64,000 nucleotides of DNA from Lytechinus pictus. Its lineage: Eukaryota. The notes under the pieces are model-generated. The model did not search any database. It was not told the DNA's origin and saw nothing but the letters and a program-made list of their open reading frames with translations. The translations under genes and the position numbers were made by a program. Below are positions 1 to 13,219 of the stretch, in pieces. Location of the stretch: positions 38,628,001-38,692,000 of the forward strand of contig NC_087251.1 of the NCBI RefSeq assembly GCF_037042905.1, in the 5' to 3' direction. The stretch's first letter is position 1. The number at the start of each line of letters is the position of its first letter.

Positions 1-493
1 AGTGTAGCCAAAATAGAGTTTAGAAGATTATGAAGAAAATAATAAATGTCATGGTATTATATTTCAGTGTAGGTGTTAGCATTCAAAATGGAATAATTGT
101 TGCTAGATAATAATGAATTAAAATAGCAAAAAAAAATGTACTTAGAGAGGGAGAAAAAGAGGGGGGGGGGGGGAGGAAACAAAACACGAAGGTATGGTAA
201 AGCTCTAAAGTGCAAAAAGTGCAAAAAGTGATGTAAGAAAGTCAGAGTAAACACTGAAATGAACAAAGACTGAGTAGAAGGAGATAAATAAAACGTTGAT
301 TAATTGGGCACCGGAAATGATCTTTTATCAAACCAGAATGTTTTAGGTTTTAAATTAATACGCTGAAGTGTAAAGGATTTTTCTTCCCCCCTTTTTTTTT
401 TTTTTTTTTTTTTTGGGGGGGGGGGGGGGGTCAGTTCCTAGTTGTAATTATTTCCTTTTACTCTTTATGTGGCAATTTTCTAAAGGCCCCCCC

Positions 494-531
<38 letters not shown>

Positions 532-710
532 AAGGGGTGCTTTCTATAAGAGTGTTTAAGTTCCTAATGGCCATGTCCTTTAACCTTCTATATTTTTATG
601 TTGTCAGTTTTTAAGGACCTCCTCCGCCCCCCCCCCCAAAAAAAAGAACCTATAAATATTATTGAAGGTGATTAATACCATGAATACCCTGCGCTATTTT
701 ATGATGTTAA

Positions 711-1282
711 AGGGGAATCCAAACCAAATAAACACTTGTTTTTATGAGGAAAAGAAAAAATCAGACAATAGGTCAAAGTTTGAACAATATCGGACAAACC
801 ATAAGAAAGTTGTGAATATATAAAAGTTGTAAACATTGGTAATCACTATATACCCATGAAGACTTCAAATTGGCCGCACATGTGATGTCATAATGATGTA
901 AGGGAAGGACCACTCTTCCATGTACAGAAATAATTAATTGACTAAAATGTCTTTTTCAAAAGTTTTACTTCAAATTGTATCTTTCTTTCATGAGGACATA
1001 AAGCATTATACTAACAGGTTTATATTACGGCCCCAATGAAATTTAGGAGAAAACCAAAAATCAAAGTACAAGGCCAATGGGAAAGTTGTCCTTGCGGCCT
1101 CACCCCTTGTCATAATTTACTTACCCATTATCAATTTGAAATCTACATACTAGTAGCCTTAGGGATCTTAATTTTAAAGCAGCCATAACTTTATTTTGCT
1201 TGTCCGATTGCTTTCAAACTTTCACCATTCTTATTTTTCTCCTTTTCCACACAACATTTTATGACCAAGGCTGGATTCCCCT
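711..1282. mobile_element. Non-autonomous DNA transposon with TTAA target duplication (Kolobok-like)
   Basis: TTAA|AGGGGAATCCA ... TGGATTCCCCT|TTAA. TTAA TSDs with purine-starting termini fit Kolobok better than piggyBac. No ORF. Confidence 0.75.
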
Positions 1283-1449
1283 TTAACACTGAATGTGAAT
1301 CTTTACCCAAAATGAATATTTGTGTAAACTTTTCTGAGCACAGGCTGAAAACTGAGAAGTAGATTGATCCACAATTGATGAGTTTTCCCTGCATTTCTGG
1401 CTATATGTGGTTATCAAGGCAATGCACTCTCTGACAAATGAAAAAAAAA

Positions 1450-1970
1450 AGGTTCTTGCACATCTTTATCTCAAGGCCAATGTGTGAGCCATATCATGCA
1501 TGAGAATTGGTTTGAAACTGATGAAGTAGTTCAAATTGCAAGGTTTTTACCTAAATTTTGCCATATAATATGTTGTTACCATGGCAACACAATTTCTGAA
1601 ACAATCACAAAAAGTGCCTTGTACATCTTTACTTTAATACCAATGTGTGTGCCAAATTTCATGAGAATTGATTTAAAACTGATGAAGCAGTTTGAATTGT
1701 AAGGTTTTTTCCCCAATTTTCACCAAATGTTATGTTGTTACCATGGCAACAAAATTTCCGAAAGACACACAAAATGTGTCTTAGACATCTTCACCTCAAG
1801 ACCAATGTGTGTGCCAAATTTCATGAGAATCGGGTGACAACAGAGGAAGTAGTTCTAACTGCAAGATTTGTACCTTATTTTTGCCATAATACACTGTTAC
1901 CATGGCAACACAATTTCCAACACATGCAAAAAAATGTGTCTTGCACATCTTTACCCCAAGACCAAAATAT
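1450..1970. repeat. Degenerate tandem repeat, unit about 160 bp, at least 3 copies; probably internal to a larger element ending near 2350
   Basis: GTTACCATGGCAAC recurs at 1575, 1737 and 1896, and 'ccaatgtgtg.gcca.at..catgagaat' recurs with the same spacing. Confidence 0.85.
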
Positions 1971-3189
1971 GTACATACACACCAACATTCAACCCCCTCC
2001 ATCACCACCCTTCGGCTTGTTTAGCATCTGCATTCAGATATTTAGTGCATTGAGATGTGAGGACAAACAGAATATCTGTTCAAAAAGGGTCTGAATTCAA
2101 GAACTAAACCAATGCAAAATAATGCACTGCTATTGAGTTTTGCACTAGCGCTAGTCTATATATCAGACCAACCAAAACTCATAAATTCTGACATTTTCAC
2201 CCATTTTTTCACTGTTCCTGCAGCCAGATTTTTTGGAGCATACCCCATTTTTAATTCTTATACATAAACAAAGGTCTGGAGAAAAAATCATGCTTTTGTC
2301 CACTGTGTCCACAAGTAGGGTGTTTTTGACGCTAACAGACCGGACTATAATGCCCTGTGGTCAGTCTTTATCTTGACTCAACACTGCTTTTTTTATTATT
2401 TGTTCAAGTACAGAGTCCATACACTTTAAGTTTGACAGTAGTATACATGTACATGTAGGCCTAGATCGTGGTTGATATATATGTGGGACCTACAAGGCAG
2501 GGGCATCATGTTTGCCTTTGAAGAGAAATGACAAGCATAAAATAAATTATTGAAAAAGATCTTTTGTTTTTTATGGTTGTGTGTTGGGGGAGGGTAGGGG
2601 GTAGTGCCTGCTTTGCCCTGATCTACCGACGATGATATGACATGAGATTGGCAGCATTTTGTAGTTAAAAAATATGAAATGATGTTAAGGTATTAAATTT
2701 TACATTATCAGTAGATATCGCTGTTCATTCAGTAGCCTACTGTGTTGTTTTGTACTTTATACTGTGCATGTGTATATGGTGTATAGTTTGTACATAAAAA
2801 ATATCCATTCATCCAGATACAACTTTGGAAATGTGCAGTTAAAAATAAATATTGAAGAAAATGAGTTCCTCATTCATACTGTACATTGTATGTACTTGCA
2901 AGAAATTCTTCATGGAGCTCAGAGTATTGCTACACTGTACATGTATTGACAATACACAGCTTTGCATTCTTGCATGACTCACCTCCTTGGATTTTCTATT
3001 CTTGAAAGGGGGCCTCACAGAATGCCTTGCAGAAAAATTGCCTCACTTTTCAAATCACTGTGTGAATGTTAGTGAGCGAGCGAGAGCACAACAGAAAACC
3101 CCCTTTTATCCAATTTCTCTACTCTCCAAAGCCTCTGTTTCCTGGGGTTGCCACTTGTAGATTATATCTATTGTAGTTGTTACTTGGAC

Positions 3190-3223
3190 CAAGGAGATAT
3201 CACTCTAGAGTGATATCTCCTTG
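3190..3223. repeat. Perfect 34-bp palindrome
   Basis: CAAGGAGATATCACTCTAGAGTGATATCTCCTTG equals its own reverse complement. It is flanked by CTTGGAC and CTTGGAG. Confidence 0.95.
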
Positions 3224-4257
3224 CTTGGAGCATTCGGCTGTCCTGGTTCAAAGACATGGCTTGTGTCTTTTTTGTGAATACAATGTAGTTTAACACGTTT
3301 GAGTATTTGGTGCGAAACCTGTGGTTATTTGACACATACACTTGATATTGATATCAGACAGATACCCATACAGTGTATGTACAGTATCTGCCCAGGCATA
3401 TGATGTAGGCCAAGTTGTACATACAATACATGTAGGGCCTACATGTACATTGTACATGCATAAAGTCAATCTTTTCTATTGAAAAATGCTTCCTTGTTGA
3501 GGATTGACACATGTAATATTTCAGTGTGTGAGCAAATTCTACATATATTTTAAATATTCAGAGGTCTGTGGTATAAAAAGCTTAATCTATACTCTCAAAG
3601 GGGGGTTTAGTCACAGTTAATGCACTACAGATATCTAGGCCTTGAGATGGTAATTTATTATGGCTTAATTGTTCAATAGTAAGGCCATAATCAGAATGTC
3701 AGAATATTAGGATTATACCAATGTGTAATAGCTCCATGATTATACCAGCACCTTTAACATTTGGCTAGCCCAGTTGATTACACAGTAACATTATCAAGAT
3801 TCATGAAGTTCCCTTGCTGGATTCTCACTCAGAATACATGAAGGATCATTAATATCCAACAAATAGTCAGCACTTTTTAGGGGCATGTTTGACATTTTCT
3901 TTTGAAATATCAACTGTGACTATAAAGAATGTTTGCCAAATTACACATTTTTCATGTACTGGTACTCTTTTGTACGTGTACATGCATGTAGTGTATGTAA
4001 GCTGGCTTACTGCATATTTCATACATGTATCTTTAATGACAATTCGCTCTTTACATGTACTGCTATTTCTCGAGAAGACCCCCAGAAAATATGTATTTTT
4101 GCATTGATCATAATAAATAAACAAATCAAATTAAACTCTGTATCGCAGGATCATGTGTACATGTAGTGTTGTAGATCTACATGTACATGTACACGTACAT
4201 GTATGCAGATTAGTCAAAGCGTCAGTCAGCTGGAAAGAGAGGTCAACAAACTTTCCT

Positions 4258-4757
4258 TTGTTGGAAATAGTGCATTGTTATTGATTAGTGTTTAAAGGAC
4301 AAAGCATTGATTTGAAGCATGTCTGAGGAAAGTTCAATGAATTATTAAGAAAATGCAGAGATAGGTGAATAGACATGGACAACTTTCTGTATTAACGTCT
4401 ATTCGACAGTGACATTCATGCAGAGAGTGAAATTTTTATGAAATGGATTTATTTGAAATGTCTGTTTTCTATGTTTGTACGCTAATAATAGGCTTAAACC
4501 AAATGGTCATTGTTGGAAATAGAGCATTGTTATTGATTAGTGTTTTGTAATTATAAAAGGACAAAGAATTGATTTGACGCATGTCTGAGGAAAGTTCAGT
4601 GAATCGAAAGAAAATGCAGAGATAGGTGAATAAATTCTTGTATTAACGTCTATTCAACAGTGACATTCATGCAGAGATTGAAATTTTTATGAAATGGATT
4701 TATTTGAAATGTCCGTTTTCTATGTTTGTTGGCTAATAATAGGCTCAAACCAAATGG
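4258..4757. repeat. Local tandem duplication of about 250 bp
   Basis: ttgttggaaatag.gcattgttattgattagtgttt...ctaataataggct.aaaccaaatgg occurs at about 4258-4506 and 4510-4757. Confidence 0.9.
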
Positions 4758-7040
4758 ATAACTCTGTGCTTTATTTTACATGTATTTTACTTTATAAATT
4801 TAAACATAACAGATCAGAATACACTGTTCATGTACCTCAAGTGTGTGTACACTTTTTTGTTATTTGGTCAAATTATTGGCCTACACTACACATCCTTTCA
4901 CTAGAGGCCTACATACCGGGGTACATGTACTGTATCAGTTCTTTGTAAATATAGCTTTTATTTTGTTTACAGCTTAGTCAGATGTTTGTATTAAAAGACT
5001 TTAAATATTCAATTTTAAAGGAAAAAAGAACAGAGGGAAAATCAAAATCAAATCTTTTTTTGATAATGTACATGTAGAAGGCATGCAATTAGGTTTACAG
5101 GTGTACATGTTTACAGGGCCAGGCCTATGTTTACACTTTATGCTCATGTAATGTATCTCATGATATGATACATAGTAACTGCCTGCTTGCTGGTATTTTT
5201 ACTGATTAATTTTGTTTTGAATTGAATTAATGACTAAGATGCAAATACTGTATGATATGCAACGATTCCAGTCAATACACTGCATGTACCCAGTTGAAAG
5301 GCCTATGCATTTTCAGAAATATTTCTAAAGCAAAGGCAGCTGTTGTATTTCAAAATTGATTTGAAGATTGGGAAATTGTGTGGAAGCGGCAGCAATAAAC
5401 TTTCAGGTGAAGTGTTGTCAATCATAGCGGTTCAAGCTAGTCCCATTCTTGGATGTACCTGGGAGGGCAGAAATACGAGCACCTTGGTAAAACGCAATCA
5501 TCAATCACAAATTTGGAAAGGGAAGCTTATAAACACGGATTGGCCTTGACTCGCAGAGCTCCAAATCCGTCAATATGGCGCTCTATCAAAGTGTGAGAGG
5601 GTGTGGGTAATGAGGCAAACAATTTACTTGAAATGGGAGGTTGAATATGGAGAGTGCACGGCAGTGTTTGCCCTCCATGGCCATCACCAATAAGGTACAT
5701 ACCTTTGGCTGGATTGAAAATATTTGCTAGAATTTTGGGAGACAAAGGCGGAAAGTTGTTTATGAATTTCATTTGTGTACATTTCGTTTGACTACAATGT
5801 ATTGTTATTCTCAATCTATTGACACACAATTTGAATGAAATTGGATTTTGATGTAGAGCCTACATGTACGTGTATTTTGGCTTATGTGTGTCAGGATTCA
5901 GGAAAGTAAATAAAAAATACATTTTTGTTATGCCATTGTAAATATTATACTCGTCTACATAAATGCTTACCTATTATGTATTTTGAATTTATATAAAATA
6001 TAAAGGTGTAACTTGCCGAATGTTTTTAGAAGGAAAACAAAATCTCTAATATAGAATTATGATGTTCTGTCATGGGGTGGGAGGGCCAATGGGTGATTTA
6101 TTAAACTCTACACTAGGTCCAGATAATGACTGTCCTGGTCATTGGCTTTAATAGCAGGAAAGGTCAAGGGCTATATCTGCTCTGATAGAGACGAAAATAA
6201 TAGGCCAGAACAGGGTACATGTACATGTAGCTAACTTACACCTAAATAATGATGATAGCAGGTATGGCATGTAAGATAGACTTATATATCAGACCTCAGT
6301 GTTCTTGTGATAGTAGAAATCAATTGATATTGGAGATTTTTCCTATTGGAAAAGGTCCTCATCTTGTGTTCAGAAAGTACATGGTATGAGCAATAGTGGA
6401 AGAAAGTTGAACTACTGTACTACCTCAGGAAAATAGATATGGAATCCAGTCATTCTGGTTTTCATTTATCAGGAAATGTAAATCAAAGTTCACGATCATA
6501 ATCATCAAATTGTGGTTTACAGATATCCTTATTTAGCAAATTGCCAAAAAAGGGAAAGTCATGGAATTACAGATTTTGTTCAAAACTTACTTTTAGTTTC
6601 AAAATCATTATCATTGCAAATAAATTTGAAAAAAGATGACGTTCAGGTAGCCCTCCATAAAAAGTGCAATTTCCTTGTTGTTATTTAGGAATAATTTGAA
6701 TTTAGTATTACGAGTTTTATCATTTTTTCCACAAATTTTACCATGACATTTTAGTTTCATTTGGAGAAAGAAAAACTGAAAGCAGACCCCCATACATGTA
6801 CCAGCGCTCAATAGGCCTTGAGCCTATTATTATGCCTACTATTTCCTCAACTTGAGCATTACTGTTCCTTAGGTGTTGTTGAATTATTTGGTGTACTTTC
6901 TGAAAAGAAAAAAAGTATTAAAAGTGGATATTTTCTCCACAGGACTGTATAGAAATGAGAAGGGTTTACTTTTTACACCGCAGGCCTCCATTTCATATGG
7001 GCCTACATGTACATGTACATCTACATGTAGTAGATCTATA

Positions 7041-7902
7041 GGGGAAGGCGGGGTAAGTTGTGACACTTTTTGCATTTTGCATGATAGAATTGATATGACT
7101 AATAATATTGTAGAAATAAGTACCCTGCCTTTAAATATGATTATTGGGAAATCTTTTTCACCTATATTCAACTTTCTACCCCCACACTGAAAGTCGTTGT
7201 GACCTTTGAAAAAAACGATGTCAAGTGGCACAACTTGCCCCATCTGTGGGGTAAGTTGTGCCACCTTCGAGGGTAAGTTGAGCCACAAAAACTATGTACA
7301 AAATGTATGCGGGAAGAACCAGCATGTCATTTTTTTATTTAAAGTCTTTTCACTTGCTAATTCTCTAAAAATACTAACATTCTCTAAAAGTAAAAGAACT
7401 GTCATGTGAATTTGCTCTTTTCTGCCTGCATATCGATGGCTTTTTAAGGTTTGATTGTGTTTTCATTTACATTACCATAAGAATTACCATGGCTCAACTT
7501 GCCCCATGTTTGCTGGCTCAACTTACCCCAGTCCGAACTTAATGCGATAATTTCGCATCCACATATTTCTTATGTATCCATCATGTAAAAAACTGTGACA
7601 AGAATGAAGATCCATACCTGGACTGACAATGTTGTTCATATGCTTTATTATATGTAAAGAAGTGTGTGTGTGTAAAAAACACTTATCTATTTCACACCCT
7701 TTTTTTACTTTTTTGGCTGAAATTTGTATTTTTCCCTCTAAAAAAGTACTTTTTGTTTCAAAGTTGAAAACAATGTGGTGGGGTTCAGGGTTATGTAATG
7801 GGTCATCAATACATGACATCACCATAATGTCTAACTAATTCATAATTGGCCTGGGGGCGGTGGCTCAACTTGCCCCTATGCTCAACTTACCCCGCCTTCC
7901 CC
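7041..7902. mobile_element. Non-autonomous DNA transposon with TA target duplication (Tc1/mariner/pogo-like)
   Basis: Perfect 20-bp TIR GGGGAAGGCGGGGTAAGTTG / CAACTTACCCCGCCTTCCCC with TA on both sides. The GGGGYAAGTTG motif repeats internally. Confidence 0.85.
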
Positions 7903-9139
7903 TACATATGTACAGTGTAGGCCCTATTTTCTTTTGCGAGCAAACATGGACTAGAATAAATGGTGACTCTTATTAAATGACAGTGCTCATTCAGGGTATC
8001 ACAGGTGTAATGTTGATGCCATCTTATTGAAAGGATGGCTGCTGAAGTTGCAGTGTATTATTTAATCTAATATTGGGATTTGACAGTTGTTTGTTGGATT
8101 GTTGATGAAGCCCCTGGGACTCCCACCGTTCAGGCTGACTTCTGACACAGTGTATCGTAAACAAAGGCCTGTTGGAATTCTTTTAGGCCTATATACTTTG
8201 AATTGATCATGAACCTGATTACTACATGGACCTATATTGGCCTCTATTTCATGTAGGCCCCTGAAAATGACTCAGATTTTTTTTTTAATTGTGGGGGAGT
8301 TCATGAAAGTTCTATTTCATGTTTACAACCATTCATGTACCAGGTTGAAATGTGGGGATATGAATTTTGCTGCGAGTGGGAGACGAATCCAGACAAACCT
8401 GATTTAAAATTTGGATTGACTGACTGACAATAGGGCCTACTGACCCTTCAAATATACAAAATAAAAACCTGAAATTTTAACCACTTTTCAATAGACAATA
8501 GGCCTTCGTTTTTTATCAAAGCTTTATCATATGCTAAAATTGCTACCCCATTCCCATTCATCAATCCTCCCGCAGTAGAGATTGAAATACGCCTCTTACC
8601 ATTCCAAGCCAATCTACCGTTCCATTCCCCAACAAATCTTCTTCATCCGCATCGACTGGCCTGACAATGATATGCCTTTTCAATAAATGAAGGGATATGA
8701 ATTTCGTTGCTCAAATCTCTTCTGCAGATGTCTGGCATGTGCTCCACAAGGTTTCCTGTTCACATCTGAAGATATGTACATGTGTCCTTATAAAATGCAA
8801 TCGTTTTCTGTAATCATTCTGCACTTGAGATGAATTGAATCTAGTAATAAATGCACGCATACATCATAGAACATGTCAGATTTGAATGTCAGGGAAATGA
8901 CAGACCTACTTAATTGAACATGTGGAAAAGACATTAATTTTGCCATCTTTCCAGAATGTGTCCATTAAAATTAGTTGATATTTTGAAGGTTTATTTTGGA
9001 GGTTATATTTTTGCTGAATATCTTTCCTGCTAGTGCTACCCTCAGCCCCCCCCCCCAAATTGGTCAAATCGGATGCAGCACACTTGATGATTTGTATTAA
9101 AAAAGTGTATATGTGTTAAAAATAAAAAGGCTGTACCAA

Positions 9140-9345
9140 GGGATGTTTCACAAGATTTAAGTATGACTTAAATCGTACTTAAATGCAGACGCGTATCTGA
9201 AATACAACGCGCAATCTTATTGATCAATACGCAGTAGTGTGCGTCCTCTTTGCATGATCTGACCAATGCGGTTATGCCTTTTATAATGCGCGCAACTATG
9301 CATTTAAGCGCGACTAAGTCATACTTAAATCTTTGTGGAACACCC
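9140..9345. mobile_element. Foldback MITE
   Basis: Inverted arms caagatttaagtatgactta...ttaaatgc and gcatttaa...taagtcatacttaaatctttg. Confidence 0.8.
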
Positions 9346-10891
9346 CCCTCCCCCCCCCCTGTTCTTCATTTTCTAGCGTGCAAAAAAAAAAAAAGTGAAT
9401 CATGTAATCCATCTTGTGTTTAGTTTGAACATAACTTGACTGCAACTGTCGCTGCCATGGTCCTCACACTGCCCACAGGCAGCATTTCTACAGCAGACTG
9501 ACTGTGCAGAGCCTTGACCGAGATGTTTGTCCTAGTCGCGCAGCACACACACACACACCATCAGTGCATACCATCGCTCCATTCGCCCCCTGAGGACCCT
9601 GATGACCATACATAGCTTGGCTGACTCTCAGCAGGGAGGGGGTTTCTTCAGGTCATTCCTGCTGGTTTAAAGGGGTCAAACTACTGTTCGCAACTCTTTG
9701 ATGATATGTTATAAACTATAAAGTAATCTGAACGTATATTGTGTATACTGTACATCATGCATGTGATGTACATACAGGTGTAGACAATAATATTAAAAAA
9801 AAAATTTCTTATGATGTTGTGATTACTTGTAAATAGTTTAATTATGTTTAATTTGTTATTTTTGTTTATACTTGGTCTGGGTTGACCCAATAAAATATAA
9901 AAATACAAAAAAAAATATTCGAAATGTGTGTAGTACATGATGATGAAATGCTTTACCTGTATATGAGCCCCCAATTTTATTGTAATATAAGCCTAGATAA
10001 AATGAAAACAAAAATATTTAGCTGAACTTTGGTCTGGATTCATTTATATTTTTCTGCTGCCTAATAAAAGAAAAAAAAATTTACACCAAAATATGGCTTT
10101 CCTTAGGCTTATATTGTACAATAGAAGGATATCTTTCTTGTGGAATGGAAGGATTTTTTTTTTTTTGGGGGGGGTGGTAGGGATACGATATAAATCCCAT
10201 CAAAGTTACAAAAATTATTCAACCAGTTTAATTCTGAAAATATGGTTGTTGAGACTATAGGTATCTCATAGGACTTCCCTTATCTTGCAATATGCAATTT
10301 TCACATGAGAAATTGCAGGTGTTTCTTCCTTTTTTAAAATCACGTTGATATTCAAATGATTGGGTCACATGTCTGTCATGAGACGTGAATATTACAGTAA
10401 TGCTATAGAGTTGGATCATATTGTCATTCCTGAAGAGGAAAATATGAAAATATGCTCACATTACAAGAATTTTGCTTGGTAACTTCCTATATTCTGTACC
10501 TTGTGATTGCTAGAGCATTTGATATGTGTGTATACTATAAATATGAAGACGGATCTGTAACTTGTAGTATGTTCATTAAACCTAAAACTGCATGTGATCT
10601 GTTTGTAGTGCAGTGTCTGAGCTAATATTGCTCTGGATATTGGATATTGATTATGAGGTTAAATTGCAGGTTTGCAGAAAGCTCAATTGTATCATCCTTT
10701 TAGAGTTCCTTTAGGAAAAATCTGTGAAACTAAAAATGCACAGTGATTACTCGTGTACTGTAAAGTGTGTATTCTATAGAAGCCTTCTTGTTTGTGAACA
10801 TAGATATCAGAATCCCTAAAATCAGGTGTCTTCTCCAATAATTGGTTATTACACAATTTCATTGACTACATGTACAATGTATAGACCTATA

Positions 10892-11202
10892 GACCCATAT
10901 TCTGAAGTCAGGTTTAACTTAGACCATGGACTAACTCTGTGCTAAAATTATGGGAAGCCAAAAGTGTCAAAATTTTCATTAAATTGTATGTTTCTTATAT
11001 TTCCTGTGCTCCTTCCTGATTCATCGATGGTGAAGACAATCATCTATTTATAGTTCCGAGACAATTATGAATGATTTGAGAGCCAAATCAACTGAAATAT
11101 GATATTTCTACTGTTAGTGATTTATGTAACAATTGGCTATCCATACTTAAACCACAACTTTAAACCTGAGTTTAAGTTAAACCTGACTTCAGAATACAGG
11201 CC
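10892..11202. mobile_element. MITE family C copy 1 (PIF/Harbinger-like, ATA TSD)
   Basis: TIR tattctgaagtcaggtttaactta / taagttaaacctgacttcagaata with ATA on both flanks. Related copies are at 54374-54639 and 53014-53728. Confidence 0.85.
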
Positions 11203-12824
11203 ATAGTGTACAAATGTAGGCTGTACATGTATGTTTAGGCCTAAATAATCAGAAGTGTGTAGGTTATCCGATGAAAATTCAGATGTTTGCTTTATTTCAT
11301 CCCAGGAACTTCAACTTTTATTTTCATTATTTATTTTGGAAAAAATGGCATAATCTAGAAACTTGCATGTTAGAAACTGCACAGCTAGACATTCACATTG
11401 CAGATATGGATGCTATTAAAATTCACTGTGAAAGCATTCTATTGAATATTTGCCAATTTCTCTGTGCAATTAATCATCTCTCCGATCTGAGCTCCCCTCT
11501 TTACGTGTTAGTGATTACTGCAATGAGTAAACTCTGATTTCTATTTGCCTTTCAGTAAAGGTTAATCCCTATGACAGATCTCCGAAAGGGGAAGTTATTA
11601 AGGGCTTTGGAAATACACAATCAGCAACAGTGAATTAATGTGTACTTGTATATTCCCCAACTAGACTACAGGTCTAGGCTTACAAGATATTTTACTGTAC
11701 ATACATGTAGTACACAAACGTGAACTTCATGAAGTACACAATTACATGTTTATTTTGCAGGTAAATTTGAAGACATTTTTTTTTTTACAAATATATAATT
11801 TTTCTATGTGGCCATCTGTATACCATGGTAGTAATGTGAATTGTATATATTTTCATTTAGACAATTTTAAAAAGATTTTTTTTTACAGTACTACTTCAAG
11901 AATGAAACTAGTGATTGATGTGTACATGTGCATAAAGCTTTTAAGTTTTCACATGTTATTATTATTATTTTGTTTACCACTCATGGGATGGAACACCCTA
12001 TCAGCAAATGCTGTTTTTCATAGGGGTCCATAATATGTAACTTTCAATATTACTTTCATGACACTTCATGTCTCAGAAATGAGAGAAAATGAATGGACTG
12101 TAATTCTGCACTGTCATTTTTTGCAGTTTTTAGTGCTATTTCTTTGTTTATATTTATTTTGGATTGAATTTAGTAGGATTTTATGTTTTCACTACATAAG
12201 TGCTTGAAAAAAAGGATATGAATTTTAATGATAATCACATGGATTGCATCATTGCACTGAATGCACTCTAAAAGGGAACACTTGCAGTGTACACCTATTT
12301 TTGTGCACTACACTGTACATTCTTAAAAGACGTATAGGCCTCCATATGACACATCTAGCTATTGTTCACATATACATTGTAAGTGTGATTTGCTGAGCTA
12401 CTGTTGAATAAATGCTCACAATTTAATGAGAAAAATGAGGGAATCCAATTGATTTGTAGTCAGAATCCTGTATAATATTTACTTTCAAATAGAGGATGTT
12501 GAAATTATGTGGAAATAGCACTTTTGAACAATAATGAAATTTGGCGATTTATTCATGTTACAGATTCTTAATTCATTTTCAGGAGTATACTTGAACCACA
12601 GTAAAGTGAAGGACTACTCTATCTCCTTCAAGTCATTGTATAAATTTGCAGATAACAATAGACTTCTTCTGTAATATCTTGAATTAAAGAATTACATTTA
12701 TATATTACAAACCAATGCCAGTCTGATGACGTTCATCAGTTACATCCACTATTTATATTCTAAAGAATGATGTATCTTTAAAGCGCTCTAGAGAGACATT
12801 CAGACTTTTATGAAAGTGGAATAT

Positions 12825-12970
12825 CATATTATTATTGTTATTATTATTATCATTTTTATTATTATTGTTATTATTGTTACTTTTGATATTAATATTATTA
12901 TCATTATTATTATTGTTATTATTGTTATTATTAATATTAGTATTATCATTATTATATTATTATCATCATC
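12825..12970. repeat. (ATT)n/(ATC)n microsatellite next to the exon A acceptor
   Basis: Read directly. It produces the spurious poly-Leu and poly-Ile ORF starts in the track. Confidence 0.95.
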
Positions 12971-12985
12971 ATTCTTGCTCTACAG

Positions 12986-13219
12986 GTGTACAAATTGACT
13001 GGTCAGACCACATGGTCTGGTGGGAGGATAAGAAGATGTGGCTGCAGAAGACCAGATTGACCCTCAACAACTATGGTGTCCAGGCTGGGACCAGACTACA
13101 CTTCACCCCTTGCCACAAGACTCTGAGGCTACAGCTCCCTGATATGCAACTCATTGACCGTAGCGTCAACTTCTCCAAAAATGTTGTCTATGCTGTCAAA
13201 GAAGTCTGCATAGAATTAG
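12986..13219 (+). CDS. FERMT2: Kindlin/fermitin internal coding exon A (end of F0, start of F1)
   Basis: Acceptor tacag| and donor |gtgagg. Translates VQIDWSDHMVWWEDKKMWLQKTRLTLNNYGVQAGTRLHFTPCHKTLRLQLPDMQLIDRSVNFSKNVVYAVKEVCIEL, matching the kindlin DWSDH..WW and 'L..YG.QA...L.FTP.HK.L.LQLP' motifs. The symbol is a family label, not established 1:1 orthology. Confidence 0.95.

Noticed and set aside
385..530. Complementary homopolymer blocks (poly-T/poly-G versus poly-C/poly-A) as a structured element
   Set aside because: Such runs occur throughout the window, and their lengths are prone to sequencing error.
6873..7838. Transposase ORFs inside the TA-flanked element
   Set aside because: The ORFs are short, overlap on both strands and show no DDE or HTH motif.
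1..12985. First kindlin coding exon (F0 start with the HIGG.ML motif)
   Set aside because: I found no matching translation by eye; it is presumably upstream of the window.
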